NCBI GenBank assembly: GCA_950097015.1 | Contig: CATNEN010000001.1 | Location: forward strand, 15,996,001 to 16,060,000 | Reading direction: 5' to 3' | DNA from: Macrostomum hystrix | Taxonomy: Eukaryota > Animalia > Platyhelminthes | DNA length: 64,000 nucleotides | Notes under the pieces: model-generated | Databases searched by the model: none | What the model saw: only the letters and a program-made list of their open reading frames with translations | What the model was told of the DNA's origin: nothing | Translations under genes and position numbers: made by a program | Shown: positions 1-13,454 of the stretch, piece after piece | How the letters are laid out: each line of letters begins with the position of its first letter | Numbering within the stretch: position 1 is the first letter of the stretch

Positions 1-1695
1 TGCCTGCATCTGATCTGCCTGCATCTGATTTGCCTGCATCTGATCTGCATCTGATCTGCATCTGATCTGCCTGCATCTGATCTGCCTGCATCTGATCTGC
101 ATCTGATCCGCCTGCATCTGATCTGCCTGCATCTGATCTGCCTGCATCTGATCTGCCTGCATCTGATCTGCCTGCTTCTGATCTGCCTGCATCTGATCTG
201 GCTGCATCTGATCTGGCTGCATCTGATCTGGCTGCATCTGATCTGCATCTGATCTGCCTGCATCTGATCTGCATCTGATCTGCCTGCATCTGATCTGCAT
301 CTAATTTGCCTGCATCTGATCTGTCTGCATCTGATCTGCATCTGATCTGCCTGCATCTGATCTGCATCTGATCTGCCTGCATCTGATCTGCCTGCATCTG
401 ATCTGCATCTGATCTGCCTGCATCTGATCTGCCTGCATCTGATTTGCCTGCATCTGATCTGCATCTGATCTGCCTGCATCTGATCTGCATCTGATCTGCC
501 TGCATCTGATCTGCCTGCATCTGATCTGCATCTGATCCGCCTGCATCTGATCTGCCTGCATCTGATCTGCCTGCATCTGATCTGCCTGCATCTGATCTGC
601 CTGCATCTGATCTGCCTGCATCTGATCTGGCTGCATCTGATCTGCCTGCATCTGATCTGCATCTGATCTGCCTGCATCTGATCTGCATCTGATCTGCCTG
701 CATCTGATCTGCATCTAATTTGCCTGCATCTGATCTGCCTGCATCTGATCTGCATCTGATCTGCCTGCATCTGATCTGCATCTGATCTGCCTGCATCTGA
801 TCTGCATCTGATCCGCCTGCATCTGATCTGCCTGCATCTGATCTGCCTGCATCAGATCCGCCTGCATCTGATCCGCCTGCATCTGATCTGCCTGCATCTG
901 ATCTGCATCTGATCTGCCTGCATCTGATCTGCCTGCATCTGATTTGCCTGCATCTGATCTGCATCTGATCTGCATCTAATCCGCATCTAATCCGCATCTA
1001 ATCTGCATTAAATCTGCATCTGATCTACCTGCATCTAATCTGCATCTAATCTGCATCTGATCCGCATCCGATCCGCATCTGATCCGCATCTGATCCGCAT
1101 CTAATCTGCATCTAATACGCATCTAATATGCATTTAATCTGCATCTGATCTGCATCTGATCTACCTGCATCTAATCTGCATCTAATCCACATCTAATCTG
1201 CATTTAATCTGCATCTAATCTGCATCTGATCTACCTGCATCTAATCCGCATCTAATCTGCATCTGATCCGCATCTGATCCGCATCTAATACGCATCTAAT
1301 ATACATTTAATCTGCATCTGATCTGCATCTGATCTACCTGCATCTAATCTGCATCTAATCCGCATCTAATCTGCATTTAATCTGCATCTAATCCGCATCT
1401 AATCCGCATCTAATCTGCATTTAATCTGCATCTGATCTACCTGCATCTAATCCGCATCTAATCTGCATCTGATCCGCATCTGATCCGCATCTAATGCGCA
1501 TCTAATATACATTTAATCTGCATCTGATCTGCATCTGATCTACCTGTATCTAATATGCATCTAATCCGCATCTAATCTGCATTTAATCTGCATCTGATCT
1601 ACCTGCATCTAATCCGCATCTAATCTGCATTTAATCTGCATCTGATCTGCATCTAATCCGCATCTAATCTGCATCTAATCCGCATCTAATCGGCA
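1..1695. repeat. Satellite of mixed 11/15-bp units (GCATCTGATCT / GCCTGCATCTGATCT), drifting to GCATCTAATC(C/T) variants
   Basis: Directly visible tandem array; the low-complexity ORFs (QMQAD...) are translations of it. Confidence 0.97.
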
Positions 1696-1984
1696 TGCAA
1701 AAAAGCCAAGCCTAAGTAAGCAAGTTAGTAGTAGCAAAGTAAGTAAAAAAAACAATTAAAATTATTATTCACAACACGATCCATGTGCATATAAATTTAT
1801 TTCCGACTAACATTAATCACTATTGTTCACTGTACACATGAAGGGTCAGCACACCTTTTTAACATCCGCTGTTTAATCTATCCCCTGTCCCCTATTTAAT
1901 CAATAAAAGCAATATTTTACAGAAACTTTTGAAAGTAAAGTTTCTTATAAAATGCACGATGATAAACAGAACTTGGCCAGCCAA

Positions 1985-2227
1985 TCAGGGCGAATCCTGC
2001 TGCGTAGCCGGCATTGGATTATAACCAATGCGCTCGTTTCTCTGAGCTTTCTCTCGTTCGCGATCCGATACAACTGGCTCGGCTTTAATACCGGACCCGG
2101 TGGCGTCAGAGAGGGCCGAGGCGGCTGCAGCTGCAACACGTCGCTTCGCAGCCTCCGATCTGGCCTGATGCCATTCAGAGAAATCGTCCATCTTCAGTTC
2201 AACTCGACTGAGTGGACGACGTAGCAT
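1985..2227 (-). CDS. CDC26: Anaphase-promoting complex subunit CDC26 (APC12), single exon, 80 aa
   Basis: ATG at 2227 gives MLRRPLSRVELKMDDFSEW...NERIGYNPMP, matching the CDC26 N-terminal motif MLRRxPTRLELKLDD and the C-terminal NDRIGYxP motif. Confidence 0.82.
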   Translation of the reverse strand: MLRRPLSRVELKMDDFSEWHQARSEAAKRRVAAAAASALSDATGSGIKAEPVVSDREREKAQRNERIGYNPMPATQQDSP

Positions 2228-2337
2228 AATATGGCCTGGAGTGGGACGTCTGTTATTAGTTCTCTGCGAGCTGAAATCAACCATAAATATTTATTTTTTA
2301 AGAGAAAGTTGTTCGTGAAGGTGGAACATTGGGACAC

Positions 2338-2625
2338 ATGAAGCTTGGGAGGTATGATGGGTCACCTGAGGCTTGGGAGGATCGATGGGTCACCTGAAGC
2401 TTGGGAGGATCGATGGGTCATCTGAGGCTTGGGAGGATCGATGGGTCACCTGAGGCTTGGGAGGAGCGATGGGTCATCTGAGGCTTGGGAGGATCGATGG
2501 GTCACCTGAAGCTTGGGAGGAGCGATGGGTCATCTGAGGCTTGGGAGGAGCGATGGGTCATCTGAGGCTTGGGAGGATCGATGGGTCACCTGAAGCTTGG
2601 GAGGAGCGATGGGTCATCTGAGGCT
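2338..2625. repeat. 28-bp minisatellite (GAGGCTTGGGAGGATCGATGGGTCACCT), about 10 copies
   Basis: Period 28 read directly (2368, 2396, 2424...). Confidence 0.95.
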
Positions 2626-2915
2626 ATAGAAAGAAGAAAACAAAAAAATGATGAAAAAGTGTAACAAACTGTGCAATTCTGTTTAATTGTACTCATGTTC
2701 TACATAACAGCTTAGTGACTGAGAGACAACACGAGACTAGTCAATAAAAGTTGCTCATTTTAAATACAAAATTTCGTCAGCCACAAAACTCGCAGATTCC
2801 AACTGAAAGCGATTCAATGTGGCTAGAATGAAAGCTTTTATTTTGTAGCAATCGATTAGGAATGATTGAAAACATAAACAATTTACTGAAACATGGAAGA
2901 GAACAGTTTGAAGAC

Positions 2916-3325
2916 GGATCTGGGAGTGCATCGGGTCTAATTAACCTGAGGATCTGGGAGTGCAACAGGTCTAATTAACCTGAGGATCTGGGAGTGCAAC
3001 AGGTCTAATTAACCTGAGGATCTGGGAGTGCATCGGGTCTAATTAACCTGAGGATCTGGGAGTGCAACAGGTCTAATTAACCTGAGGATCTGGGAGTGCA
3101 ACAGGTCTAATTAACCTGAGGATCTGGGAGTGGTCTAATTAACCTGAGGATCAGGGAGTGCAGAGGGTCTAATTAACCTGAGGATCTGGGAGTGCATCGG
3201 GTCTAATTAACCTGAGGATCTGGGAGTGCAACAGGTCTAATTAACCTGAGGATCTGGGAGTGGTCTAATTGACCTGAGGATCAGGGAGTGCAGAGGGTCT
3301 AATTAACCTGAGGATCTGGGAGTAT
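2916..3325. repeat. ~34-bp minisatellite (GATCTGGGAGTGCAACAGGTCTAATTAACCTGAG), about 12 copies
   Basis: Tandem units visible, some with a 6-bp internal deletion. Confidence 0.95.
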
Positions 3326-4139
3326 AGCAGGCCTAATTTACACGAGAGTCTTAGAAATAGAAAATATCACAAAAATTGCTTGATTTTCGTAAATTGTAAT
3401 AAACTTTGAAAGTAAAAAGACCATCATAAATTAAGCAGATTCGAGTAAGCACCATAATCGCTCTCATAAGAGACTTTACCTTCGTAGCGAAAAATAATAA
3501 GAGCGAAATAATAACCATAAAATTTTTTGACGAAAAGTACTTGAAAATGAAAACAAAATTGTTAGAATTTATCCACTGCGCACTACTGCCGAGTAGTGCA
3601 ACTGAATAAGAAGTTAATTATTGAACTTTACTGAAAAATTATGAAAATAATGAGACAATTCAGCACATTAAAATTGTCAATATTTGACCTTCTACAATTG
3701 GCCAAGATGAACTCAAGAAGAAATATTTTCTCCGCATAAAGTCACTGACAGAAAAACATGTCTGGTGCATTGTACTGCACTGATAAGACAGTTTTACAGC
3801 GAAAGATATTAATACCTCTACTGGCCTAGATCTAAGCTCTACGCGACCTTTAATCGTTTCAGTTTCACTCCGGGCGACTTTGCGCTTAATTTGACAGCTG
3901 GAAAACGCAATCCTGTTGCTAATTTTGACAACTTTTTTGCGCATTGAACTTTGACTTGTATTTCCTAAAGTGCGAGATAAAAGTGTGCTAATTTCACATT
4001 TTTTATATTCAACTCTGAGGATCTAGGACTCTAGGTCTGATTCCGCGTCGAGGCTACGAATAAGAAAATATATTGGTACGAGTTGATACCAAGGTCTGCC
4101 ATTAGCGACACAATGACCTGGTCAACAGAAACTAACAAG

Positions 4140-7100
4140 CTAACAGAAGCACGGGTCCTCATCGTAGTCATCTCCATCATCGACACTCCTAGAATTGTGC
4201 AGACTGAACCCAGGGCCAGGCTGCTTGTCATCGCCTGAGCTGTAGGCTCTGGACATCATCGGCCTACTATTCACTAGTTTGTGAGCAAGAGTTAAAAAGA
4301 TGGATTCAATGTGATTAGCCTTGGAGTCGTCTTTGGCACTGGTCTCAAATAGAGGCATCGAATGACTATCGGCAAAGCGTTGAGCAGCCTGAGTAGAGAC
4401 TGCCTGAGTAGGTTCATCGCATTTGTTGCCTATTAACAGTCTGGGTATGTCACTAGTCAAATAGTACTCCTCGCATTCCTGCAGCCAAATTGGCAAACTG
4501 TTAAACGAAGACTGCTTGGTGACGTCATAGACAAAGACTACAGCGTTGACATTTCGATAATAGTGAGGCAGCATGCTACGACGGAAGCGCTCCTGTCCCG
4601 CAGTGTCCCACAGTTGAAGCTGGCAATGGTTGGAATGATTAAAGAGTGAAAGTGTGAAGGTACCACAGTTTTTGCACAACTGTCATGTAAAAAGTGCAGA
4701 AACTGATTAAAATACATAACACCCAACCTAGTTAAGATGGATATAAAGTAGCCATTGTAGCTAGTTTACTAGTTAAACTAAAAAGCTAGGCAATCAATTA
4801 CCTTGCTCTTAAAGACGATAAGAGAGATTGCTTCCCCGAGATGAGATTTAAACACTAAATTGATTGGGTCAGAAGTCAATACCAGTACATACATGTGCAA
4901 CAACCGGCCGACCCGGCCGAACCTGCCGGGTGAAACAAGGGCCAACAAGGTAAGTCGCAAAAACCAAATGACCAAGAAAAAAATCAAAGTGGGGACCAAG
5001 AGACAAAAAAGAAAGGCGTGAAGAAAAGGAAAAAGGGGAGAGAAAAAGAGAGCAAATGGGAGCAAACTAAGTCGTAAATAGAGCAAAAACTAAGTCGCAC
5101 AGCTGGCTAAGATTTGGGAGGTTGCGCATGTATGATACCAGTAACTACTGGGCATGCAACCTCACCTTAGAGTGACTCTAAATACACTGGACAAATAAGC
5201 AAATAAGACAAGGCTATCCATACAGCATGTCTTAAAAACCTGATAAAAAACAATATCTATAAGTGCAATACTAGTTTTATCTGAATACTTACAAACATAC
5301 ATAAAAATATTGTGCAGGTTTTCTCATCAATAAGAAAACAAATGAATAAAAACCATTACTGCTTATGAATGAACCATGCAAAATATGGTTTTGCAGGCCA
5401 ATATGGGCTGGTCAATCCGTCCTTTACCTTAGCCTTTGTGTTTAGTAATTAACAAAATTATGTCTAAATTGTTGTGATGTCTATATATTTAATGTAAATT
5501 TTTTATTTTACCTTGACACTATTTTAAAACTAGTTTAAGACTTCAATAGCTAAGCAATTAAAAAAATCTGTGCATTTGTCTGCAGATTAAATATAAACAA
5601 TTAAAAATGACATTGTTTGGAGAATATTAAACTACAAATGAAGCAGCATATGAACCAGTATAATTTATTGATCAATAGATTCCTATAATAAAACGGACAG
5701 CAAAATTTTGTCATACCAAACCATTGCATCAACTTTTTTATACTTAAGATCCCATAGTTCACACCATAGATGCTAAAATAACACTGTATCTTATTGTCTA
5801 TGGCTCACACTAAGAAAATTATTTGCATATTGGCCTACTGCAAGCATAAGTTCAACAAAATGTATGACACCACTGAATTCTGGTTGTTTTGGCCATAAAC
5901 ATTTTGGCCCACATCACATGCTAATAGACATTAATAGACATTATGTGTATGTTAGGTAATGGTAGAAAATTAGTAGAGATTATTAGCAGAATGCAGAAGA
6001 TATGCTAATACTTCCCCCACACTAACTGGCTTATCTTTTTGGCCATAGACACTTCCAAGCATGTCCATAATTTTGCTTTTTTCTCTTCCCATACTGAACA
6101 TTTGCCATAGACAAGTTCCATAGAACCCAAAAAAGCAAAAGTGAAAAAAATGAAAGTGAAAAAAGCAACCTTAATAATTGAAATTCTAAGTTGTCGCATC
6201 AATTTAAAAAGAAAAGAAAAGATTTGAAAAGAATGCCAAAAATTCAATTACATTTATTTAAACATAAGAGTTATAATGTCTATAACTGCTAGGAATGCAC
6301 TTTAAAACACTCAAGGTTAATGGCTGCTATAAACCAAGTTCTCTAAATACAAAAAAATTGCTTTTGGGAGTAATTTCACTAACAGCATACTTTTTGTGGT
6401 AACAGGACAATTCGGTAACAGACAATTCGGTAACAGACAGTTCGGTAACACCACAGGACAGTTTGGTAACATATCAAGGGACAGTTCGGTAGGCCTAACA
6501 ATTGATTAAACTGGATTGGAAGGGTTTTTTGCTAAATTATTTTATATTTAGTTTGGTAAAGTTACAAAGTAAAGTCAATAGCACTTCGAACCATATTTAG
6601 CTTTTCGAAATATGAGTATGAGGTTGCATTTTGCATGTTACATATTTCACATTTGGGCGTCAAATAAAAAATAAAACGTTAAAACTAAAAACTAAAATGA
6701 AACTTGCGAGTCAAGCAACAAGTCAAGCGTCAACTGCAGTTGCTGCAGTTCATGTTGATGCTGATATAATACAATTCTTGTATATTGATATCAATGCTAC
6801 AATAAATCGTATTTCAGCAGCCAACTAGCACACTTAAGGCCCATTCATACAGTCATCAAGTGAGGCCAAATTTCGTGTGATCACACAATTTGCACTAATT
6901 TTTCATCCCTTTGTACATCCCTTTGAACGAGCCTTTAACCTACTTGCACACTCTAAATGACGTGTCAGTTTCAGATACATCAGTAACATCAGTCAGTTGT
7001 GTCCTAGCAACGATAGTAGATACATTGTTAGAACCTAGATTGATTTTATTGACTTTCAATTGTTACCGAACTGTCCCCGGTGTGTTACTGAACTGTCTCC

Positions 7101-7653
7101 TGTATGTTACCGAACTGTCCTTGAGTGTTACCGAACTGTCTGTTACCGAACTGTCCTGTATTCCTTTTTGTATGTTGGCATATTGTTTTAGAATAGTAGG
7201 CCTGCCATTGCCAAAGCAAAGATTATATTTTTTCATTTTTTGCAAATGTATCTATACTTTATATTGTTGAATTTACATTACAAAAACCAATGCATGGGCA
7301 TGACCTACTACATATTGTATAAAATAATGAATGAGTCAAATGACCATTGGCTAGTAAGGAGTTTGGTTTATTATTATTAATATAAATAATACTAGATAGG
7401 CCTAGTAGATAGCATTTAGTTAAACATATTGAATCCTCACCTTGACATCTTCCATACCAATTTTAATAGTTCTCTCTCGAAAATCAACACCAATAGTGGC
7501 TTCAGTTCTTGTTGGAAACTTTCCCTCGCAAAATCTGTATGTCAAACAAGTCTTGCCAACATTTGAATCGCCAACAACAATTATTTTGAAAATTCTTTTT
7601 GGCTTTCTACTACCAAAAGATATTGGAGCTTCGTTGTTATTAGAACCAGACAT
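4140..7653 (-). CDS. RAB33: Rab33 small GTPase; exon 1 7653-7441, exon 2 4619-4140
   Basis: [55 protein letters not shown] and C-terminal CFC prenylation motif. Phase-0 intron with donor AAG|gtgagg (7441/7440) and acceptor ccag|CTT (4620/4619). Confidence 0.93.
4888..5134. mobile_element. MITE in Rab33 intron
   Basis: 14-bp TIR CATACATGTGCAAC / GTTGCGCATGTATG (1 mismatch); 9-bp direct repeat ATACCAGTA at 4879-4887 and 5135-5143. Confidence 0.85.
6398..7163. mobile_element. Non-autonomous DNA transposon (Mutator- or hAT-like) in Rab33 intron
   Basis: Five copies of GACAGTTCGGTAACA at the left end and five inverted copies at the right end; 8-bp direct repeat CTTTTTGT at 6390-6397 and 7164-7171. 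Confidence 0.8.
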
Positions 7654-9189
7654 TCTTTGTGTCTGAAAATAATTAATTCACAATTGCAAACTCAAAGACT
7701 AGAGACCTGGCCAACAAGATTTCAGTTTTGCCAAGTACACCTTTAATATATATAATTCCGTTCTTGTACGAACCTAAATATTGCAACAACATGCATAACA
7801 GGCGTACTATAGGCCTAGTGTAGTATTTCTACTCGGGAGTGGAATCACCGTAACGTGAAAAAAAATTTACAGAAAAATGATACAATCAGCAACACAAAGT
7901 CACATTACAAAAATTATATGAAACAAACAATTTACAAACTGTAAAAATTTAAATGGACAGTTCTTAGAAAAGCCCGATTGAGAAGATTAACAAAGTCTTT
8001 AAGAATAATGTAAAAGAAAACTACATGATTTAAGTTTCGGCAGTTTTAAATTCCTAATTTTAGTGTTGCATAGCTTTTAGAATTTTTTACGGGACTCGAA
8101 GCTAAATAGGACCCAGGATTTTCATGATTACCGACAAGTAATAAATGATTAATAGTATCGTCACAGTGACCCATATTAACAGTATAGTCCCAGCTCAAAA
8201 GATAGTTTGTCTATAGTTTATAGATAGCTCGCACATGTAATGGATTCATAATTTCTTCACCTTCTAAAATAAATACGATGAAATTACATGTTAATTCCGT
8301 TGTTCAGCTATATCACCATCTTAATCTAGCTCTTTAGTCGGTTTTCTTACTTTAAAGAGTACTCTTATCCATGACACTCTCGAATGTCGAGAGACTACAT
8401 TCTAATGCTTTAGTGAGCCTGGCAGCGATAAAACCTGCGTTTGATAAAAAAACTGATTTGCAGGTATGACACAGTTAAAATGAAAAATCCAACGAAAAAA
8501 TAATATTGTGCACCGGTTTTTATCACTTTTTCATGCCAAAGCGCCATGCCTGTACAAAGAGAAACTCCTACTATTCTATCTACGAAGTTAGAAGGAGGAG
8601 GATATAATTAGACTGATATCTTACCTAATCCCCTGTTGCACTTTGTTGGCTTAATTTGTTTGCTTGCATTTGCATACTGCAACTTGGGCTTCTATCTGCT
8701 AACTACGCACTCCACACATCGCACCTCGAGACCTCGATCTCCAATGCAGTGAAATCTTGCAGAGCCTGTGCTGGTATACCGCCTGTTTAATTAAAATCGC
8801 TTCGCCACCGTTTTTTAAGAGCGAGCTATAACTAGCCCTGAGAGTCAGAGCGGCAACCACAGCGTCTATTCTTCCAGATCGCGCGTGTACTCCAACGCGT
8901 CTTGGCGAAGTGTTTTCTTATTGCAAAATAAACTGAGACCCATAGCTGCAGCGTCTGCTATTTGAGAAGCGCAGACTAGACAGGCGAAGAGATAGAGAGA
9001 CGCGATGACAGACCTGGAGCTCAATAGCGCTGACATCAAACATACAAGCTAAGGATTTATAAAGCCACCATATACTTAGTGAGCCTATATATAGTGAGCC
9101 CATATATAGTGAGTCAGTCTCTTTTGTGTGCCCAATACAAGAAAAGTCTGCTAATTCTGCGACGCCAATCCAGCCCAGCTAATATTCCA

Positions 9190-9649
9190 GACATTGCAGC
9201 AGATCACACAAGATTTCCACAGTCGGCTTTTTGAGCACTTCTTTCATCGCTTCTCAGAGCATCAAAGCATCGCTTCTCAAATCTGCATCACCAAAGCGTG
9301 TGGTGACAGTGCTGCTATTCAGCTGTTCAAAGTGATAGATGGGTGCAAAGTTGACCATAAGCTTAAGATCATGGAAGCCTCGCACATCTGATTGCACAAA
9401 CCCAGCTTGAATGTGCAGCTTGCAGGCAGTGGGGTGGAGCGGGAGCACAGAGTACTCTGAACAGTGCCTAGCGTCTTTCTTTCTCTCTTCCCCTCTCTCT
9501 CTCGGTTTATGGTAGTTGGAACCCTGTCCAGAACGAATTGAACCGACAATGGACTGTACATATTTTTCTGTTAAATATACAGGTTGTGTTGCTCTCTATA
9601 TTAAGTTTGCCCTGAAGATGTCAGTTTGACGAAACGCGTTGGCAACACA
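9190..9649 (+). mobile_element. Degenerate 3' end of a Penelope-like element (GIY-YIG C-terminus plus pseudo-LTR)
   Basis: LFKVIDGCKVDHKLKIMEASHI*LHKPSLNVQLAG aligns with the Penelope C-terminus at 25894-26030 (MFKVIDSCSQENKLNILEAMYIKALKPYLNSQLA); followed by a hammerhead motif. Confidence 0.78.
9606..9645 (+). ncRNA. Minimal type I hammerhead ribozyme (Penelope-type)
   Basis: TTGCC-CTGAAGA-T-GTCA(GTT)TGAC-GAAACGCGTT-GGCAA: stem I, CUGANGA core, stem II, GAAA and palindromic stem III ACGCGT. Confidence 0.85.
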
Positions 9650-10056
9650 GGGCCCGTTCTACGAGCGTATAAAGCTTTCGTAAGTTCCGTCGTACGCTCT
9701 AACTTAAACACGAGAACAAAGAACTGTCTGAGAACGTTCTTACGTGCGTTCGGAGAAACTTTCGCAGATGCGTCGTAACTTACGCAGGGGCTGCGATCAA
9801 ACTTAAGAACTGGCGTCTTACTTTTACCGTAAGCGGAATTTTTACCGTCCCTTTTTAGTTATCTTTGAGACGCATGCTGTACTTATTTAGTAATTCAAGT
9901 AACGAATGACACTCACATTTTCATATCAATAGACAAAAACATCGAACGGCAATACTCTATTGCCATTGGTTCACACCACCATTATATTTAACTTTTACAG
10001 TTGCCACAACACATTCCAATACAGACACAGGTCCTTGATAATCAGAGAAAGAAGAC

Positions 10057-10857
10057 CTACACGTCATTAAAATGGACCAATTGCCTACTCTCAAAATTCT
10101 TTTTTGTGTCCTTTTCGATCGCCAGTCTCTCCTGCTCAATGTGTAGACGCCCCCTCTCGATCTGCAGCCTCTCTTTCTCGACGAAAAATCGGTCAGTTTC
10201 GATCTTCAGTCGGTCTTCCTCCACCCGGAGACGTTTTGTTTCCAAGGATCCAATCAGCTCAAGCTTGCTTTGATCTGTCTGACGCTTCTTGTTCTTGGCA
10301 GCAGAAGCGGCAGCAGGCGTGGCAGCAGACTCTTCGCTGTCTCCATCGTCGGCAGTGTCGTACTCAGGCGATGCACATCTGTCAACTTCTTCGACAGATT
10401 TACCAGCAGGTAAACTAGCAGCCACCGAGCTTGATGACGCAGCCTGTCCCTTAGATGCAGGCAACTGCAACTTGTCAACACCGCATGGCACACCTTCCAT
10501 GACCTGGGGTCGGATCGACTGCGCAGCCTTCTCATCGAAGCTCGACAACTGCGGGGCCTGCGACGGACCGCCTCCTGTCTTAGCTTGCTCCTTGTGGATG
10601 CTGGCGAGCTTGTGCTTCAGTTGACTCTTAAAGTCGGACCACCGCTTGCGGCAGTTTTTGGCTGATCGTCCTTGCCCGCCGACTGAATTCACGATATCGG
10701 CAATTTGCTGCCATCCGCGTTTTTTGCGTAAATTTGCTTCGACAGTATTAGCGGAGCTCTCCAAGTAATTTTTGCGCTTGGTCGTTGCCTGCTGCAGTGT
10801 CTCGATTTAGATCACGGACCACTTGGCCGCGTGTTTCAGAGCTGCGTTGGAACTCAT
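10057..10857 (-). pseudogene. Harbinger Myb/SANT-like DNA-binding protein with one in-frame stop near 10808
   Basis: KKRGWQQIADIVNSVG-GRSAKNCRKRWSDFK and KTGGGP motifs, C-terminal coiled coil; in-frame ATG at 10857. Confidence 0.85.
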
Positions 10858-11350
10858 GGCTTGTCTGGCACATTCACAAGGATCTGCTTGTCTTTGTTCA
10901 GCCCTTATATTGCTACTCCATTGACTTCGATTGGCGCATCACCTTCTCTCTCTAACACTCGCAGCCTGCGGGGGTGCTAAGGTTGTTACGTTAGTGTTAG
11001 AGAGAGAGAGAGAGGTGTTAACAAGAGAGAAGGTGATGCGTTTTCAACGTTGCGGAGTATGGATTGCATTCATTGGCGGAAAGATCAATGAGGTGATGCG
11101 AAAGTTAAAAACCAGCCCGGTGTGCAATTATCATCAGGTCGGCCTGAGGCGGCATTTCACAAAGGATGTCTTACATATATCTGATTGGCTGGGGAATTTA
11201 TGGCCACCTGCTGCTCCAGTTGTTACAACCCACACTTGGTTGAATCGGTTTTAATTTTATCAGTTGAACATTTCTTTCCTTTAGAATTGAAGGAATTGAG
11301 CCCCACCCGAAATATAGGAGACAGTTTAAAGGAATGCCAGAGTCACCAAA

Positions 11351-12363
11351 ATGAATTCCTTAGACTTGACATTCGCTCAGCACGCCTTAAGAACTGAAAA
11401 ACGATTTCGGGATCGACTCGACCCTCTCGAATTCACTGATCAGGAGATTTTCGAGCGGTACCGGCTGCCACGGCAACCATTGCTCGAGCTCATTGAGCTG
11501 CTGCGGCCACAACTGCAACGTCAGACGCGTCGCAACAGAGCAGTTTCCGTCGAGCTGCAGGCTTGCCTGGCTATGCGCTTTTTAGCAACGGGCTGCTTCC
11601 TCAGAGTCATTGGGGACGTTTTCAACTGCAGTTGCGGGGTTGTCACCGACGTTTGCAAGCTGCTTCAGGACATGGCGCCTGCTCATATTTCGTTTCCAAG
11701 CAATCAGCAGGCGGCGGCAGCTTCAGCTCGGGCATTTTGTGACATTTACGGAGTGCCCCAGGTGCTTGGAGCCATCGACTGCACGCACATCCGCAAGACG
11801 ACGGTGGAGTCTTCATCAATCGGAAAGGATTTCACTCGATCAATGTTCAGGCAGTCTGCACTGCCAATCTCTCATTTACCAACGTTGTCGCACGTTGGCC
11901 CGGCAGCAGCCACGACTCCTTCATCTTTCAGCAATCTGCGCTGAAGGACCTTCTCGCTGATGGGATTGCCGCCGGCTTCTTGGTTGGAGATGCGGGCTAT
12001 CAGCTCCGACCGTTTCTGATGACACCGTTCAGGGACCCACAGACGAATTCGGAGCAAAAATTCAACAGGCGACTGAGCAGAACTCGAATGACTATCGAAA
12101 TGGCATTCGGTGTTCTGAAATCGAGATTTTGATGTCTCGATCACAGCGGAGGAACTCTGCAGTTTCATCCGAGCAAGGTGTGCAGCATTATCGTGGCATG
12201 CTGCGTGCTGCACAATTTTGCGATGGCCAGAGCTGTTCCACTTCCGCCTGAAGCTCTGCTGCTGGCCATAGAAGCAGCAGTTGAAAATCCAGCTGCACCA
12301 GCTGAGGACACGGCTGTTGGTCGAGCTGAGAGACAGCGAATAATGCAGCTGCTGCCACCGTGA
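11351..12363 (+). pseudogene. Harbinger (HARBI1-like) DDE transposase, frameshifted with an internal stop
   Basis: LGAIDCTHI, then in another frame SINVQAV...SHDS, GDAGY, IEMAFGVLKSRF*, IIVACCVLHNF. Confidence 0.9.
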
Positions 12364-13454
12364 ACCATTATAGGACGATTGCTATTTCCTGCTACTCACA
12401 AACAAAATTATGTTGAAACAGTTTCTACAGTCTTTATATAAATAATAATTTGTGCTTGTTATATTGGTGTCTTCACTGCAAAAGTGACAGGTCCGACCTG
12501 TCTTAGATTTACGACGGTACTTAGGAGGCCGCTGTGACTTTAAAAAGTTTCACCGAACGCAAATTTACGCACGTGCGGTGACTTAAGAAGCTTCTTAAAT
12601 CTAAGAACGATCTTAAGATACGATGGCTTCACCGAACACTTAACGACATTGCGGCAGCGTAAGTTTGAACTTAGAGATACGCAAGCTTTTTAGAACGGCC
12701 CACATGTTTTTGTAAGCGTTTATTTTCAGAGTGAAACAAACTTATACCTGTTTCAAACGTGTACATAATTCGATCGGAAGTTCAAATTTTCACTCGCTAC
12801 CACGGCGCTGATGTTCTCAATAAGTGCCGCTCCACATATTCGCAGTGCACAACTTTTGGTACCACTCGATGAGTTCTATGAAGCCAGCCTCCTAGAAGGT
12901 GGCATCCAGCTGACGCAGTGATCCGTTGGCGGCATTGATAACTTGCTTGTGTAAGATGAATGTTGTGCATGCGCCAATTCGGTGTAGGAAGGAAACTTTT
13001 GAATCGGGCCGGAGAGGGCCTTTTTATCTTTTTTTGTGGAGAAAAAAATAATATTGATACGCACCTTGATTTTTATTACGACCGGCTGAAGGCCAGCCTG
13101 TGTTGTCCGCATTCCTTTAGCTGGAGGAGATTGACATACTGAAGTCTGCTGAGCAGCCTCCAGGCAATCTGAGTGGTCAGTGCAGACTTGGTACTGTGGG
13201 AGGACTTGGGAGTAGGGTCATTGCGGTTTCCCGTGCGCACTCATTTTGACACGCATTGAAGTTTAGTCTATGGTACAAACCCGCCCTATCTTCACTTCGT
13301 TCTGCCAGTGATGCTTGCCCCTTCTTTAAAAGCTACACGTATTGCCCTGCTTATTCACCCTTGAGATGATCTGATTATTTGAAATGCTAAAATAACAAAA
13401 TAGACTTACAACCGGTTCTTCCTTCCCAAATACGAACTCGTGTCAGATATCACA

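Larger units (their letters stand above)
9650..12701. mobile_element. PIF/Harbinger DNA transposon, full length, coding regions decayed
   Basis: TIRs GGG(C)CCGTTCTA / TAGAACGGCCC; 3-bp TSD ACA (9647-9649, 12702-12704); divergent Myb/SANT and transposase genes. Confidence 0.92.

Noticed and set aside
301-975. ORFs rich in QMQAD repeats
   Set aside because: Translations of a satellite with mixed 11/15-bp units; no consistent frame
2338-3325. CRISPR-like short repeats
   Set aside because: No unique spacers, no cas genes, eukaryotic context
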